Shown here piece after piece: positions 1 through 11,829 of a stretch of 64,000 bases of DNA. Each line of letters begins with the position of its first letter. The first letter of the stretch is position 1. The notes beneath the pieces were generated by a model that saw nothing but the letters and a program-made list of their open reading frames with translations, had not been told where the DNA came from and did no database searches. The position numbers were made by a program, and so were the translations under genes. This DNA comes from the human T2T-CHM13v2.0 reference genome, Homo sapiens: the NCBI RefSeq assembly GCF_009914755.1, contig NC_060942.1; one strand, given 5' to 3'.

Positions 1-49
1 AGTTACATAATATATAAAGCCTTAAGTACAGTGAGTGATAACTATGATT

Positions 50-236
50 GAGGGCTTCCTCTGTGATAAATGCTCTAAAGACATGATCTCATCTCATTTT
101 TAAAATGGTGCTGTGAGGCTTCACTTTTTCCATTTTACACATGAGGAACCAGAGGCAGAGAGGTTAAGTGACATGTCACAGGTCACGTGTTGATGAAACT
201 AGGATTTAAATCCTAGTTTGTTTGACTTCAGAGCCT
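50..236 (-). mobile_element. MIR SINE
   Basis: cattttacacatgaggaaccagaggcagagaggttaagtgac...ggatttaaatcc...tgacttcagagcc matches the reverse complement of the MIR core. Confidence 0.8.
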
Positions 237-689
237 GACATTTCTCTTGATGACTATGCAAGTGTAACCTATGCCATCTCCCCATGGATTGAAGCAAAGG
301 AAATCCTGCCCACAAATATCTTTCATATACCAACACAGAAATTCAACTGCAGTACTGTCTACAAAGTATTTCGTAGCTGACTGGTTTTAGCATAAAATAA
401 TTTATGGCTACTCTAATACAAATTAGAATGTTATACAAGATACCTGCATGCGTGCTGCTGGATAAATGAATTTCACAATCTGCACCTGCAGAGTGAGGCA
501 GGTGAGCCTGTTGGGGAGCGGGGATTAATTGAGAATGTTTCTTTCTTTTCTCCAAGAATGCACACTCACTACCCAGGAATAATGAGAGTTTTATCAGGTT
601 GCAATTGAAGAGGAACAAAGAATCCAAATTAGGCATTGTGCTAACTAGCTGCATTTAGTTACCCAGAGGATATCATTTAGTGCCACAAG

Positions 690-1690
690 ATTTCATTCAT
701 TCAAAAGAGAGACTGGCAGCTGCTGTGCCACATTGTACTGGTTGCTGAGGGAGTGCTGATGAGCAGTCCAGAGTCCTGCAAGCAGGAAAAGCTTGTCTAA
801 TTGAGGGGCCATGGCGTGGAGCATGGTGGTCTAAAAGCATGGGGGACCGAAGGGTGTCTCTCTGCAGACAGAAACCCCCAAAAGCTCATGGTGGAAGTGA
901 GTTGGGCCCAGTGGATGAATAGGGGCTCACCAGGCAGAGAGCAGAATAAATAAAGGCCTGCCAGGTAGGAGAAACTATATTTGCAAAGACATGGAGGAAT
1001 GAAAAGCTTGCATGCTCAAGAAACAGCAGGAAGTTTGGTCTTGCTGGCGCAAAGGGTGAAGGGAGAGAGAGGAGGAGGGTGGTGTGGACTATGTAGCTGA
1101 CAAGGTCCATAGGTTGGGCTGGAAAGGCCCTGCGCTTGTTTCCAGGAGTGTAGGCTACAGCTTTGGGAAACAGGGGTTGAGCATCAGGCAGTGACACAGC
1201 TCTTCACATGTTTGCCTTGTAAAGATTGGAAGAGGGTAAGGCTGGCAGAAGAGCGACCAGAAAAAAGAGGATTGCAACAGTTAAGACAAGAGCTGATGAA
1301 AGGTTGAATTCAGGAAGTAGCAGTGGGGAAGAGGGAGAGTTAAGAGATGGGAGGGAGACTGTTGGCATTGAAACAACAGGGATTGCTCTCAGATCAGATG
1401 GGAAGTTTGAGGGGGAGGAAGGTATTAAGGGGGACTCTGAGATTTCTAACTGTGGACAACCAGATACTTGACTACATAGGAAACACACAAAAAAGCATTC
1501 GCAGAAAGAAAAAGAAATATTGAGTTTGAGATGGATGTGGATATATGAAGGGTGTGTGCCTGACTGATTTTTATTTCAGACAGTAGGCAATTGATACATG
1601 GTGGTTGAGTTTGCTGGGTTCTAGCTTGAAGGGCCAGTGGGCAGATGTGGTGCCGGAACCCAGGTGGGCATTGAGGGGTGGAGACCAGAC
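690..1690 (-). mobile_element. L2 LINE, decayed 3' region; probably resumes at ~1965-2600
   Basis: Begins with ttcattcattca (antisense of the L2 tail), followed by the purine-rich ggaggaagg/gagtttgagatg pattern typical of antisense L2. Confidence 0.65.
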
Positions 1691-1697
1691 ATGGAGG

Positions 1698-1962
1698 TCC
1701 CTAGTATAAGGGTTATAGCTCAAGCCTATAGCTCAAGTCCTATAGTTCAAGCCTATAGCTCAAGTCTATAGCAAGTCCTATAGCTCAAGCCTATAGCTCA
1801 AGTCCCTAGTATAGGGATTATAGCTCGAGCCTGTAGCTCAAGTCCTGTAGCTCAAGTCTATAGCTCAAGTCCCTAGTACAGAGGTTACTGATCAAGCCTA
1901 TAGCTCAAGCCTACAGCTCAAGTCCTATAGTTCAAGCCTATAGCAAGTCCTATAGCTCAACC
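1698..1962. repeat. Minisatellite, unit TATAGCTCAAG(T)CC (13-14 bp), ~17 copies
   Basis: Tandem units directly visible, with interspersed ccctagta(t/c)a spacers at ~1698, 1804 and 1871. Confidence 0.95.
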
Positions 1963-3719
1963 AGGGGCAGCTACGTGGCATGAAGGGGGAGTGGGCTGAG
2001 AACTTGCTGGTGGTGAGGAGGCATTCCCATTCTGGAGGAGAGAGCTGGGGAGCGAGACCCGGAAGAATCATGAAGGCAGGCACAAAAACAGGAGAAACAA
2101 ACAAATTAAAGTCAAGAGAATAGAAAGATTCAAGAAGAGAGTGCTGGAAAGTGTCAGATGCCACCAAGAGGTCATGTGGGAGACTTGTAGGATTCCTAAT
2201 TAGGAACCCAGCAGAGGACCTAGGATTCGAGTCTCAGGCAGGAAGTGAAGGCATCGAAAGGAGGTTGTGGTTGGGATCAAAGGAGGCGACTTACGTGACA
2301 GTGTGGTTATTATTGTCAAAGAGAGGGTACCAAAGTGGGATCCGGTATTAGGACATTCATGTCCTGGAATAATTTTACAACATCCTGTCATCAAATCTTG
2401 GAAACTAGGAAAAGATTTTTGTTACCGAAGTTGTTCCTGGCATTGATGCTGATGGCTTGTGGAATCACATGGAAGAAGGGGATTTTGAAGGAATGTGTAG
2501 AAGTGTTTGGAGAAAAGGAGAAAGAAACGGTAAATGGATGGGCCAGAGGTGGCAGTGAGGAAGTCAGGTCAGAGGGAAGGGGAGGGTCTGCTTGTCTGCA
2601 GTGAGTGTCTGATGTGAGGCACAATGGCCTGGACAGCTCATCACTAAGCAGTCGGCTCTGACGTGAAATGCCCTTGGAGCCACGGTAGTTTTCTGAGAAA
2701 CAGAGTGATCAAAACAGCATAGTATGTGCAGAATCAGGGTACAAGGCCAGAATGTCAGAAATGACCTCCACAGTCTACACTTGCTTGGTCACAATCTGAA
2801 ATGGAAATGTCTGTGTGTGTTCTGGTCCCAGCAAACTCCAAAAAGCGCCTTGGCCTGGGTAGCTGACATCACACTCAATTGCACATGCAAATGCAGTAAT
2901 TACGCCTGAAATATTAGAGGTCAGCTGGAGGCCAGCGGAAGATTTGGTCTCTCTGCTTCCAGATTTTGAAATAGCAGATTATACACAACTCACTGTCTTC
3001 CGCCAAGACCTTGTTACACACATTTGTCAGGATCTCATTTTGCAATTTCCATTCCTTTAAAGAGAAATCCTCACACAGTGGTGATTCTGGCTGTTTTTCC
3101 CTAAAGTGCAGATTGTCATAAACCCGCACTCTCTCCCGGGGCCTGTCAGCCTCCTGGGCCCTGCAGTGAACACACCATCACTGAGGGAATGCGGGACACA
3201 GACAAGGCCGGGATTTTCTTAGGAGAAACGTTTTGGGAGAGGTAGATATCGTAGAGTCCTGAATATAATATGGCACAACAATTTTATGTATTCCAGACAG
3301 GAAAAGTTTTTTGTCAAAACCTCTGACAGTTTAAACTTTAAAGCTTCAGCAAAACTTTTAAACTTTTAAACTTTGAACTTGTTTGAACCTCTCGTGATTT
3401 ATGAATTATTAAATGTACCACTGAAAATCACAGACTTTAACTAGTAAAGCTTTCTGCTTAAAAGCAACTGAGAAGAGGGTGGCTGTGGGACTGCAGGAGG
3501 AGGAGAGGGCTGGGGGTTTTGTCGGAATGGCGCTGCTCCTGGTTGCATAAAAGCCAAATCCAGAAAATATTTAGGAGGCAAAAGACCCAAACCAAGACAG
3601 AAACTACGAAAGAGGAGAGACATCAAAAAGTGAAATGGAAACTGTCTGACACTAGTTATGTAGGTGTATCTAAATAAGAGTTGAACTAATTTTATATTTA
3701 ATATGTATATATTATATAT

Positions 3720-3955
3720 TAGTGATAAAATATACATGACATAAAATTTAGCATTTTAGCCACTTTTAAATGGATAGTTCAGTGGCCTTAAGTACAATCA
3801 CATTGTTGTGCAACCATCACCACCCTTCATTTCCAGAACTGTTCATCTTCCCAAATGGAAACTGTCCCCGTTAAACACCAACTCCCCATTCCCTTCCCGC
3901 AGCCCCTAGTAACCACCATTCTTTTTGTCCACATACCTCATATAAGTGGAATTTT
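3720..3955 (-). mobile_element. L1M (L1MB-like) 3' end fragment
   Basis: acataaaatttagcattttagcc...tcacattgttgtgcaaccatcaccac...cctcatataagtggaa is the antisense L1MB 3' UTR pattern. Confidence 0.75.
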
Positions 3956-4370
3956 GTATATGTATGTAGGTACATTCACATAAATATGTATATATATATG
4001 CATGACTGAAATTTTATGTGTGTATACATTATATATAATATAATATAAATATAATGTAATAAAGTTAAAATATATGTATATTATTTGACTATTCCATGTA
4101 CCTCATATAAATGAAGTTATATCATGAATATATTATTATATTATATATTATTAATATAATTATATAAAATATATAAAATAATGTATTATTACATGATTCC
4201 ATTGATATGAGGTATAGAATAGTCAAATATACATATATAGTAATATATTACATCTATGTAGTCATATTATATAATATATATTACATATATGATATACAGT
4301 ATATAATATGATTCAATTTATATGACGTACATGGAATAGTCAAATAATATATATATTTTAACTTTAAATT
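3955..4370. repeat. AT-rich low-complexity tract containing an inverted repeat
   Basis: (TA)-rich sequence; arms at 4061-4114 and 4312-4365 are near reverse complements. Confidence 0.85.
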
Positions 4371-4589
4371 CATAGTAACAAGCACAAGGGGGTATTAGGT
4401 AAGAAAAGTTCTGAGGTTTTTCATGCCTTTCAGACAGAATTGAACGGTAAACAAAGTGAGTACAGATAGGGACAGAATCTGACAATAATTTATGCTTCCC
4501 AGAGGGTGCAGTCCATTTAAATCCCCAGGAGCTCCGAATTGCTCTTGAAGTGTCTGGGTCCTGTGGCCAGCAGAGCAGTCTTGAGAGCT

Positions 4590-5550
4590 CCAGCGGGCAG
4601 GGCTGGGCTTGGCTGGGCTGGGAGGAAAGGGGAGGGGCGCGCAGCTTGCGGCGGGCACACAGCGAGCCCGTGGAGGGCGAGTGCCCTAGGTCCTGACTCC
4701 AGCTTGGAGCTCAGGCACGTGTGGGATGGGCCGGCTACTTCAGCTTCCCCAAGGCTCCCAGCACGAGGATTCCATTACTTTCTGTTAGTGTGCACTCAAG
4801 GATTTAGTAACCAGTTCACAGAAAAGCCCCTCACTTCACAGCAGGAAGTGTAAACTCAGCATAAATCTTGCCAGCCTGCAGGGGAGCCGGTTAGGAATTT
4901 AGGAATTACCTAAAGTTTCGGAATCCACCCGCCGCGCCCTTTGCACATTTTACCTGGGATGAGGCCTAATGGCCTCTAGGAGGTGCAGCCCAATAGGAGG
5001 TCGACAAATTAAGCAGGGATTTGTTTCTTTAAACACTTCCATTGTTACCAAAATGAGAGCGAGCCCTGGAAAGTCTAGGGCGTGGGAAGGTTTTGTCCCC
5101 TGAGGAAGCAAAGAAGACAGGCAGTGGTTTGAGTGGGTGGGCGCTTCCACGTGGACAGAGGGCCCCCGGGAGGGTGGAGCGAGGGGCCCCTGGGAGGGAG
5201 GAGCGAGGGACCCAAAAGGGGAAGGGTGGAGCCCAACCGCGACTGCTTGCTTCACAGTTGAAGGGCTGCCCCTTCCTTTCCCTCTTGGAGACCTCTGTCC
5301 TGGTGCCGCTGGTGCAGCTTCGGTTACAGTTGGATCTGTCCAGTCCTTTACCCTGCCTGCATGCACACATGGTCTCAGGGAGTGAATTCCTTGGGCGGCT
5401 GCCATGTCTGTGCTGGGACTCTGGCAATAGCCAGAAAGGCAGGAGGAGAACTAGGGGTGGGAGAGGATTGGGGTTCCGCTTCTTTCTTCTGCACCAGATA
5501 TCAGGACCTGGGCACCACAATGGAGGCCAACTAGCAGCAGGTGGGAGTTG
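4590..5550. promoter_or_regulatory. GC-rich, CpG-enriched putative enhancer or weak promoter
   Basis: Clustered CpGs at 4636-4680 and 4928-4937, ETS motif caggaagt ~4842, ccaat ~4991, E-boxes cacgtg ~4717 and ~5148, G-rich runs. Confidence 0.4.
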
Positions 5551-6304
5551 ATGCCAAGTCCCAGGATATTGGACTAGAGCTGTGTTAACACCTCCTGCTG
5601 AGGTTGAGGCCTGGCAGGGTGAAAGGAGGGGTGGCCCAGCTATGAACCCAAAGTTGGAGGCTCCAGGGTGTGCTTGAGGCCCCTACATTCTGACACCCTC
5701 AGGCACCAGCGTTTTCAATGGGAGGAGGATTTCTCTTTTCCTCTTTTTGCAGTGGCATTTGTAATTCTAAGAGAGCTTTTGTTTCATGATGGATCTTTCA
5801 AGGATCTTGTATAAAGGCCCGGCACACAAGTCCCTGGGCTTAGCGTGAGTGGCCCCATGGGTGGATGTCCCCAAGATACGTCCGACAATCTATTGCTTAA
5901 CTCTGCCCCCGCCGCACGAAAGAGGCATCCACAGTTCACCAGTTGCCAGAGAGAGCTGCCACTCGCTCTCCTTCTCTTACCCTGCCAGCCACCAGGGTCA
6001 TGGAACACTTGAGAGAATAAGAACAAAATAAAAAAAGAGAGCAAGACACCCCAGGAAACTGAATGAAACTTGAGCAGCCTAACATTTAAATGTGGGACTT
6101 GGCTCTGGCTTAGTGTCAACATGGGAAACAACAGGAGCTTCTGAACTGAGAGAAGAGGAGAGAGGGAAGGCAGTCCCAGTGCGGCACAGAGGAAGGCTCG
6201 CACGGGGAGCCACAGTGACTTTGCTAGCACAGACTGACTGCTTCCTATGTACTAGAGTGGGTTACATGCTTTATTTAATCCTTGTCTTTCAATCCTTGAG
6301 GAAT

Positions 6305-6525
6305 TCTGGAGCCAGACTGCCTGGGTTTGAATGCTGGTTCCATCACTTACTTCCTATGGACCGTAGACAACTGTCTTAAATACCTGATGATTCAGTTTCT
6401 TCAATTGTAAAATGGAGATGATAATGGTACCCAACTCACAGGGTTGTTCCAAAGATTGACTGAGCCCGTGTTTGTAAGTATCTTAGAACAGTGCCTGATG
6501 CATAGTAAATGCCATGTAAGTACAA
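6305..6525 (+). mobile_element. MIR SINE
   Basis: ctggagccagactgcctgggtttgaat...ttcagtttcttcaattgtaaaatggagatgataat...cttagaacagtgcctg. Confidence 0.85.
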
Positions 6526-6529
6526 GATG

Positions 6530-6575
6530 AACAGATAGACAGATAGGCAGACAGACAGACAGGCAGACAGATAAT
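6530..6575. repeat. Imperfect (GACA/GATA)n microsatellite
   Basis: acagatagacagataggcagacagacagacaggcagacagata. Confidence 0.85.
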
Positions 6576-6907
6576 CCCATAAGCATAGATAAAGAAACTG
6601 AAGCTTAGAGAAGATGTTAAGTAACTTGTCAGAGGTTTCACAGGTGTTTGCTGTCAGAGCTAAGATTTGAACTTGGCCTATTCGACAATTTCACTTGTGG
6701 TCACCTTAGCAAGTGGGATGGAATATTACGGTTTGGAAATATAATCCATTCCCTGACATGATGGATGATGGTAATGACGATGGTGATGATGATAAATATA
6801 TTAGCAGCTAAAATGTATCGATTGCTTATATTTTGCTAGGTGCCTTATGTACATTATTGGGTTTAATTCTTCTGTAGCCCCTTCAGTTATATACTCTTAT
6901 CTCCACA

Positions 6908-7392
6908 TACTGAGTTGAATAGTATGCCTCCAAAATTCATGTCCACCTAGAACCTCAAAATGTGACCTGATTTGGAAACAGGATCTTCACAGATGTACTT
7001 AGTTGAGATGAGGTCATATGGGATTGGAATGGGCTCTACATCGAATGACTGGTGTCCTTATAGGAAGGCCACGTGAAGACACAGGGACCTTCAGGAAGAA
7101 TGACAGAACAAAAGGTGATGATGGAGACAGAGACTGGAGTGAGGCAGCTGCAAGCCAAGGAATTCTGAAGGTGGCCAGCAACCACCAGAACCTAGGGAGA
7201 GGCGAGGTGGCCATTCGTTCCTAGAGTCTTCAGAAGGCACGTGGCCCTGCAGGCAGCTGGATTTTGGACATCTAGTCTCTAGGCCTGTAAGATAATAAAT
7301 TCCTGTTATTTGAAGCATGACACATGGGGTTTTATTAGGGGCTTACATACAGTTTACGGTACTTTGTTATGGCAGCCCCGAGGAGCTAATAT
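6908..7392 (+). mobile_element. MaLR LTR (MLT1B/C-like) inserted into an antisense MIR (6800-6905 and 7395-7520)
   Basis: gttgaatagtatgcctccaaaattcatgtccacctagaacctc...aataaattcctgtt...tttgttatggcagccc; MIR halves lie on both sides. Confidence 0.85.
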
Positions 7393-7580
7393 AGACCAGT
7401 TCACAGCTGAGAAATTGAGGCTCAGGGAGATGAAAGAACTTGCCTAAACTCAGCTAGTTAGTGGCGGCAGACCTGGGACTTGAACTTGGGTCTGTCTGAC
7501 TTCCAGTGTTGTGCTCTGACATCCTCTAGTGAGTGTTGGAGTCGTCAAAGTGTCTGGGTCAGCTTTTAGGCTGGCTGTCT

Positions 7581-8062
7581 TGCCAAACCCCTATTAACCT
7601 CAATAGGAATGGCACCAAGTTCAAGAGGCAGGAGACCCAGCATCAGCAAATGAGAAACCTGGGGTTCTATTGGAGGCTCACATACAGGAGAGAGAGTCCA
7701 GGGGCAGTGGGCTGGACGAGATAACCATCTTACCTACAGTCCAGTGGCGGCAAGCTGGGCAGGAAAACTGCAACCACTTGCAAACTGCATGCCGTTTATA
7801 TAGCATGTCACTTAACACCCTCTCCGTAATGACCTCCACCTGGACACTCTCATTTAACCCAAAACTCAGGGCTTCAATCCCCTGTATGGCCCCTGTTACA
7901 TGGAATGGGCTGAGAGTTCAGATGTTTATTATAGACAGGAATGACTTTCCGGGTTGTCCACACCACGATTCCTTAGCTCAGAACACACGTTCAGGTGCGT
8001 CTGCCATACAGGGTCACTGTAAGTTCTTGCTTAAGTTCTTGCTATAAGGTGCGTTTACCCTG
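7581..8062 (-). mobile_element. Solo ERV LTR (ERVL class, LTR47/LTR32-like), copy 1
   Basis: aacccctattaacctcaataggaatggcacc...ttcaggtgcgtctgccatacagggtca; clearly homologous to 9595-10108. Family name from memory. Confidence 0.7.
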
Positions 8063-8619
8063 TGCTGTCAGATTGTGTACCCTGCCCAGCACTGTCTGGC
8101 CCCAGTGCCTTCCTGCAATGGGATGCTGTGGTCCACCGACCATGGGCCACGTGCTGCTCCATGCATCCTGTTGGAAAGTATTTAAAATGGCAGCAACTGG
8201 GAAAAGGAATCCACCAAAACCTTTGAAGAGAATTCCTCATTTAAGCAGGTATTAACTTGGGAGGTTTTCTTTAAGTACAAGCGATATAGACAATTATTTC
8301 AGAATAATGAACATTTTAGCCCCAGGCAAATTACTTTAGTTTATATCTCTCCAGTGCGCAGAATCAGACTAGTAATGATTTTTGGCTCATAACACTTTAA
8401 CATCTTTGTATGGCTTTGCTAGCTAGTCCCTATACAGAAATGCATATTATGAGACCCACAAAGCCACCAATCAACCCCCAAACTAAGATACTGACAATAA
8501 CCCAGAGCAACCTCTATTCCCCTGCCTGTACACCCTCCCTCCCTGTATATACATAACCACCTTTTTGAATTTTGTTTTCATTTCTTCTGTGAGATGTGCA
8601 TATGTGTGTCCACAATGTC

Positions 8620-9080
8620 CATGCAGTCCATAAGTCTGGCCCTTTCTTCAACTTGACTTTTATGATTCTCCCTCATTCACTGTACACCAGCCACGCTGGG
8701 CCTCTTTTCCATTTCTCCAACATGCCAAACACCCTTCCGCCCCAGGGCCCTGGTACTACTCATCCCTATTTCTGGAATGTTCTTCTTCCTGATAATGAGA
8801 CTCTCTAGTTCACCTCGTTCCAGGACCAATGGTCACTTCTCAGAGTCGTTGTCTCTGATTCCGCCATCTGAAACAGACTTCCCATCATTCCCCATCTCCT
8901 CACCTACTTTATTCTTCCTTTTAGCTCTTATCACTGTTGACATTATCTAGTTATGCATTTGATTATTGACTGATCCTCCTACATAATATAAGCTTCAGAA
9001 GGGCAGGGAGTTTTTTCTCTGTTTTGTTCGTTTCTATAGCTCTAGTGCCAGACTTATAGTAGGTGCCCAATAAATCAACT
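8620..9080 (+). mobile_element. L2 3' region
   Basis: ctggaatgttcttcttcc...ataagcttcagaagggcaggga...gtaggtgcccaataaat. Confidence 0.75.
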
Positions 9081-9089
9081 CATCTCTTC

Positions 9090-10370
9090 CAATAAACCAG
9101 CATCTCTCTTGTAGCTCCTGTATGTCAGGCAATGTGCTAAGATGCAAAGCTGGTTACAGACCTATCTTCACTCTTCAGGTATTTGTAGTTTAGTGAAAAC
9201 ACTGAAATGTAAGCAATAATTCAGCAGTGTGACCTGGGTATGCATAAGTTGCTCGAAGAGTTATGGTGGTGAAGGAGGACTTGGGGGAGATGCCATTTGA
9301 ACTGAGCCTCAGTGGATGCATAGACTGAAGCCCAGGAGACATAAGTAAGAGGTAGCCTTGTAGGAAGAGAGAATAAACATGGGAAAAGACATGGAGGTGA
9401 TGGCGAGTATGAGGATGGCATGTATGGGAGAGGAGAGAAATGAGGCTGGAGAGGAAGGCAGAGGCCAGATCAGGCAAGGCTGGGGTTGCGGAACTGTGTA
9501 GTATGAACATTCTCCTGCTTAGACCTGGGGAAGCATTGGGGGTCATGCAAGTAGAGGAACAGCAGGACCAAGTTTGCATTTTGGACAGTTGCTCTGGTGA
9601 ACCCCTATTAACCCCAGTAGGGAAGGCACCATGTTCAAGAGACTAAAGAGGAGACCCAGAGCCAGCACATGAGACATGGGGTTTCATTAGGGGCTTACAT
9701 AGAGGGGAGTGGTCCAGTGGTGGCAAGCTGGACAGGAGAACCACCTGACGTGCAGAAACAGTCCAGTGGCAGAGGGCTGAACCACATATCCGCTTTCCTA
9801 CAGTCCAATGGTGGCAGGCTGGCAGGAAAATGGAAGCCTCTGCAAACGGCGTGCAGTTTACATAGCATTTTCACTTAACACCATCCCCCTGACAACCTGG
9901 CAACCTTCATTTAACCCCAAACTCAGGACCCCAATCCCAATCCATTGCACAGGCGAGGTGCTCAGATGTTCCTCATAGACAAGGAACAAATCTCAGGTTG
10001 GCCCCTCCCAGATTCCCTGGCTTGGAACACACATTCAGTTGCATCTGCCACCCTGGGTCATTCTAAAAGTGTGCCTAAATTATTGCTATTCGCTGAGTTT
10101 ACCCCACACCAGTTCACTGTCTGCTGCAGTGTGGAGGATGGGCTGGAAGGAGTGGAGGCTGAGGTAGGGAGAGTGCCCGATGGCTGTTGCATGCAGTAAC
10201 CGGGGTGAGAGCTGAGGCTACCAGGATGCATACGAGGTGTTATCAGTCGAAGTGGTGGACTTTGATGGAGATGAGGAGATTGGAGAGGATGCTGAAAAGA
10301 TAGCTATGGATGTGCTGAGTTTTGGGTCTCCGTGGGAAACACAGGGTCACCCAGTAGGCAGACGGTAGCT
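9090..10370 (-). mobile_element. L2 fragment interrupted by LTR copy 2
   Basis: tatgtcaggcaatgtgctaag...gatgccatttgaactgagcc...; resumes after the LTR with ctgctgcagtgtggagg. Confidence 0.65.
9595..10108 (-). mobile_element. Solo ERV LTR (ERVL class, LTR47/LTR32-like), copy 2
   Basis: tggtgaacccctattaaccccagtagggaaggcacc...ttgctattcgctgagtttacccca; same family and orientation as 7581-8062. Confidence 0.7.
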
Positions 10371-10544
10371 ACTCTGCTTCGTTGCTCTCAGGCAGAGCCT
10401 GTGCATATGAGCTTTCGTGAAGGCTCTTTGATAATGAGGACTTCCCAATTATGACTTAGTTTTCATTGAGAAACCTTTCAAGGATGCCATCATTAGAGCT
10501 TACATCTGAAGGAATGAAAGTCACACACTAAAATTTAGACTTTC

Positions 10545-10700
10545 AATCCATTTGGAACAGACTGCTGTGTGACCTCAGTCATTCTCTTTAACCTCCCAGA
10601 AGTCCATGTCCAGGAGAAGGTGGGGCTACAGGAACTACCATGTAAGATTTTGTTCATTAGTAAGATTTTATGCCTCACAGGCTGCTTTCTCAGGTGGTGG
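10545..10700 (+). mobile_element. MIR fragment
   Basis: gctgtgtgacctcagtcattctctttaacctc. Confidence 0.5.
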
Positions 10701-11829
10701 AGATAGAATGAGTGGCAGGGTTTGCCATCAGACATTCAGGAATCTTAGGGGCGACTCCAACTCCATTTATTCATTCTGGCTTGGTAACGGGTGGGTTGTG
10801 GTCTCATTAGGTCAAAGGATGCATTCAGTCCATTCCCTCGGTATCTGTAGGCATCAGTCACTCTGTGGTTTCCATTTTTACATTGTCCCACACTCTTGCC
10901 CATCATTCCTGTCCCCCCAGCAGGCCTGGTTGCAGACCCCCTATTAGAGACAAAGGCACAACTTGTAGAGAAATGAGGGAAGTCGTGAAGTGTGTAACTG
11001 ACCAGGGTACTGCCGGAAGGGCGCCGTGTGCCAGATTAAGTTTCTTAGCCGGGTCTGTTAGGTCATTTGATAGCTCACTTAGCTCTTGGGTGCCCTTGCT
11101 TTTTGTGTAATCACACTTCTTTTTAGAAGAGTCCCAAACATAGGCCTAATCCTGTAGCATTTTTACACACACAGGGGCTTTTGTTTCAAGGCCTTCTCAT
11201 GCAAATCATAGCTTTGAAGCAGTTAAACAAATCTCCTTGCAACCCACGGAGGCCGATGCCTGTCTCCACAAAGAGAGCAAGGGCCCAGGTAAAAACTAAA
11301 GGAAATGTTTTTTGTTTTGTTTCTTTTTCTTTTTTTTGGCAGGGGTGCAGGGTGGATTCTGGTCAGGCTTTCCTTGCCAGGTGGATTTAAACTTCAGCTC
11401 AATCACACATGATTTAAACTTCAGCTCATATCCCAAGCAGGACTAACACTGGGGGTTGCTGATAGGAGGAGAAGAGATTGGGAAATGGAGGTAGTTAGAG
11501 AGAGAGGAACTTTGTTCAATATCGTCACTTTTTGCGGGAAAGGAGTAAGTGGGGGAAAATGCATCCTCAGCTGATCCACAGAGAAGACCAACTGTCTTCC
11601 CTCCTGATTACTGACATTCTCATCCATGGGTAAACACAGAAAAGGAAACAAAAGCAGAAAGGTTTCTTGTCAGCAATTCCAGTAAGATGTTTCTCCAGCC
11701 AGAGACGAGCCTAGAGCCAGCACACTTCAAAGACAATACAATCGCCTGTCAGCTGCAGAATTTCTCCTGGTCCAAGGTAAAATATTGCATGGAATGATGA
11801 GGCGAAAGTGTGGGAAGGAGAAGGTGATA

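Noticed and set aside
1698-1962. Repeat array superficially resembling CRISPR
   Set aside because: Units are 13-14 bp and abut each other without unique spacers; there are no cas genes and the context is eukaryotic.
4950-5551. Four overlapping ORFs of 82-163 aa on both strands
   Set aside because: They reflect GC-rich composition, mostly have non-ATG starts, and show no recognisable protein similarity.
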